From Candidatus Aminicenantes bacterium (GTDB lineage: Bacteria > Acidobacteriota > Aminicenantia > S016-38): DNA of 64,000 nucleotides. Below, in pieces: positions 26,884 through 36,937 of the stretch. A program made the translations under genes and the position numbers. The stretch lies in the NCBI GenBank assembly GCA_027068075.1, contig JAMOUJ010000006.1, forward strand, positions 218,706-282,705. Reading direction: 5' to 3'. A model generated the notes under the pieces. It was not told the origin of the DNA. It made no database searches and saw nothing but the letters and a program-made list of their open reading frames with translations. How positions within the stretch are numbered: position 1 is the stretch's first letter; every line of letters begins with the position of its first letter.

Positions 26884-28245
26884 TTAATAAGCCCCCTCCC
26901 TTTCCAGGATGGCCTTGGTGGTCTTTATCAGGATAACGAAGTCAAGCCACAGGGACCAATTCCTAACATAGAATTCGTCTAAGGCGAGCCTCACCTTAAA
27001 GGGGAGGGTGTTTCTTCCCCTTATCTGCCACAGCCCGGTTATACCCGGTTTCACCTTAAAGATCACCTTCCTGTAGTCCCCCATGTCTCCCCTTTCCTTG
27101 GGAAGGTAGGGCCGTGGACCCACCATGGACATCTCTCCCTTCAGGACATTTATGAGTTGGGGAAGTTCGTCAAGGCTCCATTTTCTGAGAAAACGACCCA
27201 CCCTGGTTACCCGGGGGTCGTTTTTCAATTTTTTGTATTTTTCCCATTCTTCTCTTTTTTTGGGGTTGTTCCTCAAGATTCTCTGAAGCACCCTGTCCGC
27301 ATCAACCTTCATGCTGCGGAACTTGAACATGAAGAAAGGCTTTTCTCCCCTGCCCAGCCTCTTCTGCTTGTAGAAAACCGGTCCCCGGGAGTCCAGTTTA
27401 ATCGCCAGGGCAATGACCGCAAAGAGGGGAGAGAAAAGGACCAGAAGTGTTGAGGAAAGCAATATGTCCATGATCCTCTTTACGATGAGGTTTTCCCTTC
27501 TGGAAAGTTTGTAATACGGGGATAGGCTCATGTAGATGCCGATGTTTTTGAGTTTCCCGTAGGCCAGGGAAAGTTTGTGGACCTCGGGAATTATGTTGAT
27601 CTCCGCCAGGCCCTCCAGCCTCAGAACCAGGGACCTAAGGGTTCTGGGGGCGAAGCAGGAGGATATTATGAAAACTTCCCGTATGTTCTTTTCCTGGATT
27701 TTCTTCTCCAATCTTTTAGTGTCCTCGCAGATTTCCTTCACCCTGTAGCCCGCATACCATTCCCTCTCCAGTTCCTCCGCCAGGTTTTCGCTTTCCCTTT
27801 CCTTTCCGATTATGGCCACGGGACGGAGACCCACCCCCAGGGTGAAGGCAATCTTTTTTAACACCAGCCTGAAGAGGGGAACCAGCAGGGCCGCCGAAAA
27901 AATGGTGAGGAGGAGCATGACCCTGGAAAGGATGAAGTCTCTTTTTGCTATGTAGGCGATGGACAGAGTAAGAAAACCTGTGAGTATGTCCGTGATCCAT
28001 ATGGCCTTAAGTTCGTCCCAGAAGCCCCGGGGTTCGTAAATCTGCTCCTCCCATCCCACCGCTATCCATATCACCATGAAAATAAGGACAAAGGGAAGAT
28101 ACGATTTCAGAGGTTCCAGGTGGGGCATGTAAAGGGTGTTGAGCACCCGGGAGGTTATTTTCTCCCGAAGGAAATAGGAAAGTAGAAAGGATGCGGAAAT
28201 GGCCAGGGCGTCCCCCGCCAGAAGTATGGCCCAGAAGAACCTCAT
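26884..28245 (-). CDS. WbaP-type undecaprenyl-phosphate sugar phosphotransferase
   Basis: Four N-terminal TMs; KR.MD, KFRSM, EW....[36 protein letters not shown]-terminal EGAY. Confidence 0.92.
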   Translation of the reverse strand: MRFFWAILLAGDALAISASFLLSYFLREKITSRVLNTLYMPHLEPLKSYLPFVLIFMVIWIAVGWEEQIYEPRGFWDELKAIWITDILTGFLTLSIAYIAKRDFILSRVMLLLTIFSAALLVPLFRLVLKKIAFTLGVGLRPVAIIGKERESENLAEELEREWYAGYRVKEICEDTKRLEKKIQEKNIREVFIISSCFAPRTLRSLVLRLEGLAEINIIPEVHKLSLAYGKLKNIGIYMSLSPYYKLSRRENLIVKRIMDILLSSTLLVLFSPLFAVIALAIKLDSRGPVFYKQKRLGRGEKPFFMFKFRSMKVDADRVLQRILRNNPKKREEWEKYKKLKNDPRVTRVGRFLRKWSLDELPQLINVLKGEMSMVGPRPYLPKERGDMGDYRKVIFKVKPGITGLWQIRGRNTLPFKVRLALDEFYVRNWSLWLDFVILIKTTKAILEREGAY

Positions 28246-28295
28246 AGAAGTATTATAAGCGATAATGTGTTAGAATTACCCCTGGAGTTGTAAAA

Positions 28296-28964
28296 ATGGA
28301 AGTGATAACTCTTCGTCTTTACGATACAGGGATTATAAAGAGGGTGGACTCCACAGGGATCCCCTGCGATGTGGGAGATTTTTGCGTCATAGAGTCCCCC
28401 TACGGGGAGGAATTGGGGGAGGTTCTGCGGGAGAATTCCCTGGTGAAGAAGGCCTGGGAAGGGGTGAAACTTGAGAAGGTTCTCAGGAAGGCTTCGGAGA
28501 AGGACCTCCAGTTCTTTCAGGATAAATTAAAAAGGGAGAAGGAGGCCTTCCAGTTCTGCCGCAAGAGGATAGAGGAAAGGGGAATGCCCATGAAACTGCT
28601 GAAGGTCAAGTTTTTCACCAACGAAAGGAAGGTGATGTTCTTCTTCTCCGCCGAAGGAAGGATAGACTTCCGGGACCTGGTGAAGGACCTGGCCAAGAAA
28701 TACCGCATGAGGATTGAGATGAGGCAGGTGGGAATAAGGGACGAGGCTAAAATGCTGGGGGGAGTGGGGGTGTGCGGTAGGTTCCTGTGTTGCATGTATG
28801 TTCTCAAGGAATTCAAACCCATCGGCTCAGGGCTTTTGAAGGAAATGGAAGTAAAGGTAAATCCCAACAAGATTTCCGGACTTTGCGGCAGGCTTATGTG
28901 CTGCCTTTCCTACGAAGTGGGGGTTACTCTCAACCTTTCCGACATGGGCGAGGAGGAGGATTGA
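28296..28964 (+). CDS. PSP1 / RicT (YaaT)-family protein
   Basis: GRIDFRDLVKDL, RIEMRQVG.RDEAK..GG.G.CGR.LCC, KISGLCGRLMCCL.YE. Confidence 0.92.
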   Translation: MEVITLRLYDTGIIKRVDSTGIPCDVGDFCVIESPYGEELGEVLRENSLVKKAWEGVKLEKVLRKASEKDLQFFQDKLKREKEAFQFCRKRIEERGMPMKLLKVKFFTNERKVMFFFSAEGRIDFRDLVKDLAKKYRMRIEMRQVGIRDEAKMLGGVGVCGRFLCCMYVLKEFKPIGSGLLKEMEVKVNPNKISGLCGRLMCCLSYEVGVTLNLSDMGEEED

Positions 28965-29956
28965 AGGGCAGAAAGGGTCTCCTGAAGTCCCTCGTTTCCC
29001 TGGCAGTGGCCCTGGTTCTCCTGTACTTTTTCTTCAGGGGCACGGATTTCAGGAGTTTCTGGAATTATCTGCGGGGGGCTAATCCCATTTATCTCCTTGG
29101 GTTTGCCCTGGGGCTCGTGGTTTTCTACTGGATAAGGGCCCTGAGGTGGCGTCTCCTCTATCAGGGGGATGGGGTCCCCGGGGTAACGGAGTTCTTCAAA
29201 GCCAATGTCCTGGGTTTTTCCCTCAACTACCTTCTTCCCGGAAGGCTGGGGGAAGTGGCCCGGGCGGTTTACATTTCCAGAAAGAGCAACTACTCCACGG
29301 GATATTCCGTGGCTACGGTGGTGGTGGAGAGGTTTTTTGACTTCTTTTCCATGGGGGTCCTCCTTCTCCTGTACCTGGTGAGTTTCCCTGTGAGCGCCGT
29401 TAACCTTCGGGGAAACCTTTCCACCATAATCGCAGTGAGTTTCGTGGCCACCCTCATGCTGATTATGGGCATCCTTCTGCTGGCCCACCTTTGGAAAAGG
29501 GGGCGTCTCCACTACATAGGAAAAATCCTGGCCCTGTTCCCCGTCTCCTTGAGGGAGAAACTTAGAAACAGCGGTCGGTCCTTTCTTCAGGGCCTGTTTT
29601 TTTTCTCCTCCCCCCGAAGGGCGGTGTATTTTATCCTCTTAGGTTTTCTCGTGTGGCTGGCGGTGGCCTTCCAGTACTGGCTTGGACTTAAGGCCTTCGG
29701 AATAAACAGGCCCCTTCCCCAGATAATCCCCTTCATCGGCGTTCTCCTGGTGGGGGTTTCCATTCCCACACCGGGAATGGCCGGGGGATTTGAGGTGGCT
29801 TCCAAGTTTTTCATCGTGGAAGTGTGGAAGTATTCCGCCAGCAAGGCGGTGGCCGCCACCCTTACCCTCCATGTTATACTTCTTTTGGTAACCCTTTTAA
29901 TGGGGGCCTTAGTGGGCCTGAAGGAAGGTTTTAAACTGGGACGGCAAAGGCAATGA
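28961..29956 (+). CDS. Lysylphosphatidylglycerol synthase TM / flippase-like membrane protein
   Basis: [34 protein letters not shown] start after GAGGAGG. Confidence 0.85.
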   Translation: MKGRKGLLKSLVSLAVALVLLYFFFRGTDFRSFWNYLRGANPIYLLGFALGLVVFYWIRALRWRLLYQGDGVPGVTEFFKANVLGFSLNYLLPGRLGEVARAVYISRKSNYSTGYSVATVVVERFFDFFSMGVLLLLYLVSFPVSAVNLRGNLSTIIAVSFVATLMLIMGILLLAHLWKRGRLHYIGKILALFPVSLREKLRNSGRSFLQGLFFFSSPRRAVYFILLGFLVWLAVAFQYWLGLKAFGINRPLPQIIPFIGVLLVGVSIPTPGMAGGFEVASKFFIVEVWKYSASKAVAATLTLHVILLLVTLLMGALVGLKEGFKLGRQRQ

Positions 29957-30420
29957 GATGCCCTTACTGCGGAGCCAACAATGACCGGGTGGTGGACAGC
30001 CGGGAAATCAAAAACGGCACCGAAGTGAGGAGGCGCCGTCAGTGTCTGGTCTGCGGAAGAAGATTCACCTCCTACGAAAGAATAGAACTCATCCCCGTGA
30101 TGGTGGTTAAAAAGGACGGGAGCCGGGAGGCCTTTTCCCGGGAAAAAATAATAAACGGGCTTCTGAAGGCCTGCGAGAAAAGGCCCGTCTCCGGCGAGGA
30201 CCTGGAGGCCATAGCCGACGAATTGGAAGCCCTGGCCCAGAGCCGGGGGGAAATTTCCTCCAGGGAAATAGGGGAGGTCATAATGGAAAGGCTGAAGTCC
30301 CTGGATCAGGTGGCCTATGTCAGGTTCGCATCGGTTTACAAGGAATTCAGGGATGTGGATGAATTTTATCGGGAACTGGAGGTTCTCAAGGGAGGAAGTT
30401 CACATGAAGGAGAAAATTAG
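29953..30420 (+). CDS. nrdR: Transcriptional repressor NrdR
   Basis: MRCPYC, VVDSR, RRRR.C..CG.RFT.YE, ATP-cone, [10 protein letters not shown]. Confidence 0.97.
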   Translation: MRCPYCGANNDRVVDSREIKNGTEVRRRRQCLVCGRRFTSYERIELIPVMVVKKDGSREAFSREKIINGLLKACEKRPVSGEDLEAIADELEALAQSRGEISSREIGEVIMERLKSLDQVAYVRFASVYKEFRDVDEFYRELEVLKGGSSHEGEN

Positions 30421-30763
30421 GGATTTCGTCCAAGCCTGGGGAAGTTGGACCCCTCCCGTGGACATCATGATGGGGCCCGAAAGGGTGAGAGTTATCGTGG
30501 AGGTTCCCGGCGTGGATTCGTCCTCCCTGGAGGTTAGGGTGGAGGGGGATAACCTTATAGTGGAAGGTAGAAAATTGCCCCCGATGGTAAAGCGGGTTCT
30601 TCACACGGAGAGGGAATATGGGGACTTTTTCCTGGTGATAAAATTAAACGAAGATGTGACTCCTTCTTCTGCCAGGGCCAGTTTGAGGCAGGGCGTCCTG
30701 GAAGTGGAAATCCCCCGGGTCAATCGGAAAATAAAAATTCATGTGGAGGAAGAAAATGAGTGA
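30404..30763 (+). CDS. Hsp20/alpha-crystallin family chaperone
   Basis: PPVDI, EVPGV, L.V.G.K, ER.YG.F, A.L..GVLEV.IP; directly upstream of lon. Confidence 0.85.
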   Translation: MKEKIRDFVQAWGSWTPPVDIMMGPERVRVIVEVPGVDSSSLEVRVEGDNLIVEGRKLPPMVKRVLHTEREYGDFFLVIKLNEDVTPSSARASLRQGVLEVEIPRVNRKIKIHVEEENE

Positions 30764-33110
30764 GAAGAAAAACGGCGAAAAAAAGGAAATACCCGAAAAA
30801 ATTCCCGTTCTGGCGGTAAGGGATGTGGTGATATTTCCCCATATGATAGTTCCGCTATTCGTAAAAAGGGACAAGTCCGTAAAGGCCATAAACGAAAGCC
30901 TTTCCTCCCACAGGAAAATACTGCTTCTCACCCAGAAGGACCCCGAAATAGAGGATCCCGGCCCCGAGGATCTATATCGGGTGGGAACCGTATCCATGAT
31001 TTCAAAGATGATCACCCTTCCCGACGGCACCCTCAGGGTGCTGTTCCAGGGCCTTACCAGGGCTAAGGTCAAGGACATCAAAACCGATGGTGACTACATA
31101 GAGGCCGAGATAGAGGTGGTGGAGGAGAAGGCGAAGGAAGAAGGCGAAGTGGAGGTGGAGGCCCTCAAGAGGAGTTTAAAGGCGGCCCTGGAAAAAATAG
31201 CCGAACTGGGAGGGAAAAACCTGACCCAGGACTTCCTCATGTTCATCGGGAGGATAGAGGATCCCAGCAAACTGGCGGACCTGATAGTGGCCAACATAGG
31301 GATAAAGACCGAAGAGGCACAGGAAGTCCTGGAAACCTTTGACCCCGTGGAGAGGATGAAGAAGGTTCTCCAGTTGCTGGAGAGGGAAATCCAACTCCTT
31401 ACGGTCCAGAAGGAGATCATGGAGGACACCAAAAAGCGCATGGACAAGATGCAGAGGGAGTTTTTCCTCCGCCAGCAACTTCAGTCCATCCAGAAGGAAC
31501 TGGGAATAGGCTCAGAACTGGCCGAGGAGATAAGGGAGTATAGAGAGAAACTGGCCAAGATCAAAAAGATGAGTCCGGAGGCCAAGGAGGAAGTGGAGAA
31601 GCAAATAGCCCGCCTGGAGAAACTTCCCCCCGAGAGCGCAGAGGCAGGAGTTATACGAACTTATCTGGACTGGATGCTTTCTCTTCCCTGGGACAAGTCC
31701 ACCAGGGATAACCTTGACATAAAGAGGGCGAAGAAGATCCTGGACCAGGACCACTACGACCTGGAGAAGGTAAAGGAAAGAATACTTGAATACCTCAGCG
31801 TCAGAAAACTGGCCAAGAAGATGAAGGGTCCCATACTTTGTTTCGTGGGACCTCCGGGTGTGGGAAAGACCTCCCTGGGAAAATCCATAGCCCGGGCCCT
31901 GGGAAGGAAGTTCGTGAGGATATCCCTGGGTGGAGTTCGGGATGAAGCCGAAATAAGGGGACACCGCAGAACCTATGTGGGGGCCATGCCGGGCAGGATA
32001 ATCCAGGGAATCCGCCAGGCTGGTTCCAACAATCCGGTTTTCATGCTGGACGAGGTGGATAAGATCGGGGCGGATTTCCGGGGCGATCCATCCTCCGCCC
32101 TTCTGGAGGTTCTTGACCCGGAGCAGAACCACTCCTTCGTGGACCATTATCTGGGGGTTCCCTTTGACCTTTCCAAGGTTCTCTTCATAGCCACCGCCAA
32201 TGTGACTTACACCATCCATCCGGCCTTCCTTGACCGGATGGAGGTTATTCACCTGCCCGGTTACACCGAGGAGGAGAAGGTCCACATAGCCAGAAAGTTT
32301 TTGATCCCCAAGCAGATGAAGGAAAACGGGATAAAGCCGGAAATGCTTCAGATCAGCGACGATGCGCTCAGGAAGATAATTTCGGAATACACCCGGGAGG
32401 CCGGGGTTAGAAACCTTGAAAGGCAGATAGCGGCGGTGATGAGAAAGGTGGCCAGAAGGTGGGCCGAGGGCAAAAAGAGGAGGGTGAGGGTGACCGCCAG
32501 AAACCTCCACAAATTTCTGGGGCCTCCGCTGGTTTTCAGGGACGAGCCCCTGCCGGAGCCCAAGGTAGGGGTGGCCACCGGAGTGGCCTGGACCCCCACC
32601 GGGGGTGAACTCCTCTTCGTGGAGTCCATAAAGATGCCCGGCAAGGGCGACATCAAACTAACCGGGTCCCTGGGAGATGTTTTAAAGGAATCGGCCCTGG
32701 CGGCCATGAGTTACATAAAGGCCAACGCCGAAAGACTGGGCATAGACCCGGAGGAATTTACCAAGCACGATGTTCACATCCACATCCCCCAGGGGGCCAT
32801 CCCCAAGGACGGACCCTCCGCCGGGGTGGCCATAGTGGCCTCTTTGGCTTCCCTTTTCACCTCCAGACCGGTCCGCAACGATGTGGCCATGACCGGGGAG
32901 ATTACCCTCCGGGGAAGCGTTCTTCCCATAGGGGGGTTGAAGGAGAAGATCTTAGCGGCCAAGCGGAGTAAAATACACAGTTTCATCCTCCCCGCCAAGA
33001 ACATGAAGGAGGTGGAGGACCTTCCCCGCTATGTGAAGGAGAAGATGAAACTGATTCCGGTTCGGGAAGTGGACGAAGTTTTAGATCTGGTTCTTCTGGA
33101 TGAGAAGTGA
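30756..33110 (+). CDS. lon: ATP-dependent Lon protease
   Basis: GPPGVGKTS, GHRRTYVGAMPG, LDEVDK, PKDGPSAG (catalytic Ser), IGGLKEK. Confidence 0.98.
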   Translation: MSEKKNGEKKEIPEKIPVLAVRDVVIFPHMIVPLFVKRDKSVKAINESLSSHRKILLLTQKDPEIEDPGPEDLYRVGTVSMISKMITLPDGTLRVLFQGLTRAKVKDIKTDGDYIEAEIEVVEEKAKEEGEVEVEALKRSLKAALEKIAELGGKNLTQDFLMFIGRIEDPSKLADLIVANIGIKTEEAQEVLETFDPVERMKKVLQLLEREIQLLTVQKEIMEDTKKRMDKMQREFFLRQQLQSIQKELGIGSELAEEIREYREKLAKIKKMSPEAKEEVEKQIARLEKLPPESAEAGVIRTYLDWMLSLPWDKSTRDNLDIKRAKKILDQDHYDLEKVKERILEYLSVRKLAKKMKGPILCFVGPPGVGKTSLGKSIARALGRKFVRISLGGVRDEAEIRGHRRTYVGAMPGRIIQGIRQAGSNNPVFMLDEVDKIGADFRGDPSSALLEVLDPEQNHSFVDHYLGVPFDLSKVLFIATANVTYTIHPAFLDRMEVIHLPGYTEEEKVHIARKFLIPKQMKENGIKPEMLQISDDALRKIISEYTREAGVRNLERQIAAVMRKVARRWAEGKKRRVRVTARNLHKFLGPPLVFRDEPLPEPKVGVATGVAWTPTGGELLFVESIKMPGKGDIKLTGSLGDVLKESALAAMSYIKANAERLGIDPEEFTKHDVHIHIPQGAIPKDGPSAGVAIVASLASLFTSRPVRNDVAMTGEITLRGSVLPIGGLKEKILAAKRSKIHSFILPAKNMKEVEDLPRYVKEKMKLIPVREVDEVLDLVLLDEK

Positions 33111-34002
33111 AGAAGAGTTAATAGAATTTCTGAGGGAGAAATTCCCGCCGGGCAGGGCCCTGGTGGGAATAGGGGACGATGCCGCCGTATTTGAGAACCT
33201 GGTCTTTACGACGGACATGTTAGTGGAGGGCGTCCATTTTTTAAAGGACCATCCTCCCTTCTTCCTGGGAAGAAAGGCGGTAAATGTGAACCTGAGCGAC
33301 CTGGCGGCCATGGGGGCGGAGCCGCTTTTCATATTGATGAGTCTGGCCTTTCCCGTGGAATTCACCTCCGCCTGGATGGAGGAGTTTTCAAATGGGGTGA
33401 GTTCGGCCTGTAAAGAGGGAGAGTGCAGTTTGGTGGGAGGGGACCTTTCCCGGGCCGATAGAATTTTCATTTCCGTAACCGCCGTGGGAAGGACCGATTC
33501 ACCGGTTCTACGGGGAAGGGCCAGGGAAGGGGAGGGGATATACCTGGTGGGTGACCTGGGCCTTGCCCGGGCGGGAAGGGAGGCCCTGGAGAAGGGGATA
33601 AAAGGGTTCACTATCTTAGAGATGGCCTTCTGGAATCCCCGCCCCCGGTTAAAGGAGGGGCTGGAAGCGGCCCGGTTGGCCTCTTCCATGATAGATGTGA
33701 GCGACGGATTCGTCCTGGACCTCCACAGGCTTCTGCAGGGTAAGGGGGCCCGTCTGGACCAGGAGAGCCTTCCGATTCCTTTTGAACTGAAGAGATTTTG
33801 CCGGAAAATGGGAGTCTCTCCGCTGGATTATGTTCTCTACGGGGGGGAGGATTACGCTTTGATATACACTTCTGGCAGCGACCACGGCCCCGGAAGGAGG
33901 GTGGGTGAGGTGACGGGGGATGGAAGGATACTTCTGGGAGAAAGGGAAGTCCCGGTAAAGGGTTTCTCCCACTTCTCTGGAAAACCCTCGCAAAAGTTCT
34001 AA
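33100..34002 (+). CDS. thiL: Thiamine-monophosphate kinase
   Basis: GIGDDAA, NLSDLAAMGA, VGGD, IDVSDG, GGEDY.L. Confidence 0.95.
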   Translation: MRSEEELIEFLREKFPPGRALVGIGDDAAVFENLVFTTDMLVEGVHFLKDHPPFFLGRKAVNVNLSDLAAMGAEPLFILMSLAFPVEFTSAWMEEFSNGVSSACKEGECSLVGGDLSRADRIFISVTAVGRTDSPVLRGRAREGEGIYLVGDLGLARAGREALEKGIKGFTILEMAFWNPRPRLKEGLEAARLASSMIDVSDGFVLDLHRLLQGKGARLDQESLPIPFELKRFCRKMGVSPLDYVLYGGEDYALIYTSGSDHGPGRRVGEVTGDGRILLGEREVPVKGFSHFSGKPSQKF

Positions 34003-34028
34003 AATATAACCAAGCCAGGAGGTAACAA

Positions 34029-35492
34029 ATGAAGTTCTTTCTGGGGATGTGGATGATTACTATGTTTGTGGGGGGTAGTTACGCTAAGATCATCAACTAC
34101 CCCCGGGCTCAGGGCATAACCGGCTTGGATCCTGCCTCCCAGTGGAACCACTACACCTCTGAGGTTTTGGCCAACATCTACGAGGGTCTGGTGAAGTTCC
34201 GCGGGGAAACTTACAGGGTATCTCCCCTCCTGTCCACCAGATGGGAAATGAGGGAGGGGGGGAGGGTCTGGAGGTTCTACCTCCGAAGGGGGGTGAAGTT
34301 CCACGACGGGTCCCCCTTCACCGCCGACAGCGTTGTTTTCACCTTCAAAAGGCAGAAGGGTTCACATTTTGAGGCGAGGAGGTTTTTGCTTTCATTCTTG
34401 AGGGATGTGGAAAAGGTGGACGATTACACCGTGGATTTTAAACTCGGTAGCCCGTGTCCCCTCTTTCCCCGCATTCTTGCCAATCCGCTGGCCTACATAG
34501 TGAAGCCCTACCGTGGAAAATTTCTTCCCATCGGCACCGGTCCCTTCAAACTGGAGGCCTGGAACCGGGGAAAATTTGTTTTACTGAAGGCCAACGAAAA
34601 TTATTGGGGAAGGAAACCCTTTATAGATGGAGTCAGGTTTTCCGTGGTCAGCAACCCTTACTCCCGGGTTTTGCAGTTGAGGAACGGAAACGCCGATGTG
34701 ATAAGCCGTCTTTCCCGGAAGGAATACGAGGATGTTAAGGACATCCCCACCATAACGGTGTGGAAGTTTCCCCTTCTCAACATAAACTTCATAACCTTCA
34801 ACATAAAGAAGCCCCCCTTTGACGACATCCGGGTTAGGAAGGCCGTCACCTACCTGATAAACCGGAGGAAACTGGTGAAACTGGTATTTGGAGAACTGGC
34901 GGAGCCTGTGTTCTTCCCGCTTCCCCCATCCCTTTCCTCCATGAAGGGCCTGCCTCCGGTGCCGGAATACGACCCGGAGAAGGGAAAGAAACTCCTCCAG
35001 GAGGCAGGCTACGGTAAGGGTCTGCGGTGCACCCTGTATTACCTTCAGGGGAGCCCCTTCGGGGATGTGGCCAGCGTCCTCTCAAGGAGTTTGGTGTACA
35101 TGGGGGTAATAATAAAACCCGTGGGTTTATCCCGGCCGGTCTTAACCCACAAGGTGGTTTACGGAGATTTTGAAATGGCCCTGGGCGGATGGGTGGCGGA
35201 TTGTCCCGATCCGGGGAATTTTCTTTATTCCATGCTTTTCCCCTTTTCCTTTAGAGCCAGAAAGTCCAATTCCCTGCCCGAGGTTAAAAAACTTCTGATC
35301 TTGGCCAGCACCACCCCCGACGGAAAGAAGAGAAGGGAGATTTACCTCAAGGTGGTGAGGATAATAATGAGCCGTTATGTTACCGTGCCCCTTTTCCGCT
35401 CCTATCTGGTGGTGGCCCACAGGAGGGAGATAAAAGGATTAAAGATAAACCCCAAGGGTTACCTCATTTTCAGCCAGGTGAGGGCGGAATGA
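34029..35492 (+). CDS. Family-5 (OppA/DppA-like) solute-binding protein, first copy
   Basis: Signal-like N-terminus; LDPA, IYEGLV, LRRGVKFHDG.PFTADSV, IGTGPFKL, PFDD.RVRKA, YDPEK. Confidence 0.9.
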   Translation: MKFFLGMWMITMFVGGSYAKIINYPRAQGITGLDPASQWNHYTSEVLANIYEGLVKFRGETYRVSPLLSTRWEMREGGRVWRFYLRRGVKFHDGSPFTADSVVFTFKRQKGSHFEARRFLLSFLRDVEKVDDYTVDFKLGSPCPLFPRILANPLAYIVKPYRGKFLPIGTGPFKLEAWNRGKFVLLKANENYWGRKPFIDGVRFSVVSNPYSRVLQLRNGNADVISRLSRKEYEDVKDIPTITVWKFPLLNINFITFNIKKPPFDDIRVRKAVTYLINRRKLVKLVFGELAEPVFFPLPPSLSSMKGLPPVPEYDPEKGKKLLQEAGYGKGLRCTLYYLQGSPFGDVASVLSRSLVYMGVIIKPVGLSRPVLTHKVVYGDFEMALGGWVADCPDPGNFLYSMLFPFSFRARKSNSLPEVKKLLILASTTPDGKKRREIYLKVVRIIMSRYVTVPLFRSYLVVAHRREIKGLKINPKGYLIFSQVRAE

Positions 35493-36937
35493 GAAGAATT
35501 TTCATCTGTTGCCTCCTGGTGGGCGGCATATTTGGAAGAACGCTTTACTTCGGAGTGAGGAGGGAGCCCGTCAGCATGGATCCCATGAGGCAAAGGGAAA
35601 ATTCGTCCTCCTTGGTTGCCTACAATGTGTTTGAGACCCTGGTGGGGGTGGAACCGGGGTCTCTTCGCATAGTTCCCCGCCTGGCGATAAAGTGGAAAAG
35701 GTCCAGGGACGGAAAGACCTGGATTTTTTACCTGCGGCCCGGGGTTAAATTCCAGAACGGAGAACCCCTGACATCCCGGGAGGTGGTCTACAGTTTTAAG
35801 AGGTTGGTGAAGACCTCCCCCGGGAAACACCTCCTTACCCTTCTGAAGGAGGTCAAAGCCCAGGGAAAGGACAGAGTGGTCTTCGTTTTGAGGAGGGAGT
35901 TTTCCCCATTCCTCTATGTCTTGAGCGTGATCCATACCTCCATAGTTTACCCCTCCAGGGGGAAGTACGGCCCCTGGGGGACCGGTCCCTATTACATAAG
36001 TCTGTGGGAAAGGGGGAGGAGGATGATCCTTAAAAAAAATCCGTATTACTGGGGGAAGATGGGAAACATAGACAGGGTGGTGATGCTCTTTTCCCTTCCC
36101 ACGGAGACCGTTTACTCCTTCCTTTTAAGGGAGAAACTGGACCTTACCAACGGCATATCCCTCTCAGAAGTGGAGGCCCTCAGAAACTCCGGCAGGTTTT
36201 ATCTACATTCTTCGCCGGTGCTTTCCCTGGAGTATTTGGTCTTCAACCCCGGGGACAAATGGGTTCAAAGGGCATTTGTCCGGGAAGCCCTTTCCTACCT
36301 GTGGAACAGAAGGTGGGTGGTTCTTTCCTTCAGCAATTACCGGGAGCCTGCCTGCAGAATCCTGCCGCTTTTTTCCAGCAGGTGTCTCTGGAGTTATAAC
36401 CCCGGGCGTGCGGCGGAAATCGTAAAGAAAAACGGGGCCTACGGGAGGGTCAAGTTAAACCTCGTGTATCCCGATGACCCGCTTTACACGAAAATTTTCC
36501 TCCCCTTTGCCAACGAAGCCGGGAAGGCAGGCATAAAAATGAAACTGGTGGCCGTAGGGGACGAAGACGGAATGGAAAAAATCTACCGCTCCGGAACATA
36601 CTCTTTATCCCTCTGCACCTGGAGATGGGTCTATCCGGATCCTTACAACCTCCTTTCCTTTCTCCTTTCTGACCGGATGAGGTCTTCAAAATATCCCGGT
36701 ATTTCTTCCTTTTCCGGGGTGAGTTCCCTCCGGAGAACCCTGAAATGGGCCCTGAGAATTTACTCTTCCCGACGGAGAAACGAACTTTACAGGGAGGTGG
36801 AGAGGTCCATATTTGAAGGCAAGTGGATTATTCCCCTTGCCTATTTAAAGGAATCCCTTTTCGTCAACCGGAAAATAAGCGGTATAGAAATCAACCCCCT
36901 GGGCCTGGTGGACCTGAGCAGGGTTTACAAAAAATGA
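35489..36937 (+). CDS. Family-5 solute-binding protein, second copy
   Basis: MDP, VFETLV, VP.LA..W, LRPGVKF.NGEPLT, GTGPY, NPYYWG. ATGA-coupled to both neighbours. Confidence 0.88.
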   Translation: MRRIFICCLLVGGIFGRTLYFGVRREPVSMDPMRQRENSSSLVAYNVFETLVGVEPGSLRIVPRLAIKWKRSRDGKTWIFYLRPGVKFQNGEPLTSREVVYSFKRLVKTSPGKHLLTLLKEVKAQGKDRVVFVLRREFSPFLYVLSVIHTSIVYPSRGKYGPWGTGPYYISLWERGRRMILKKNPYYWGKMGNIDRVVMLFSLPTETVYSFLLREKLDLTNGISLSEVEALRNSGRFYLHSSPVLSLEYLVFNPGDKWVQRAFVREALSYLWNRRWVVLSFSNYREPACRILPLFSSRCLWSYNPGRAAEIVKKNGAYGRVKLNLVYPDDPLYTKIFLPFANEAGKAGIKMKLVAVGDEDGMEKIYRSGTYSLSLCTWRWVYPDPYNLLSFLLSDRMRSSKYPGISSFSGVSSLRRTLKWALRIYSSRRRNELYREVERSIFEGKWIIPLAYLKESLFVNRKISGIEINPLGLVDLSRVYKK

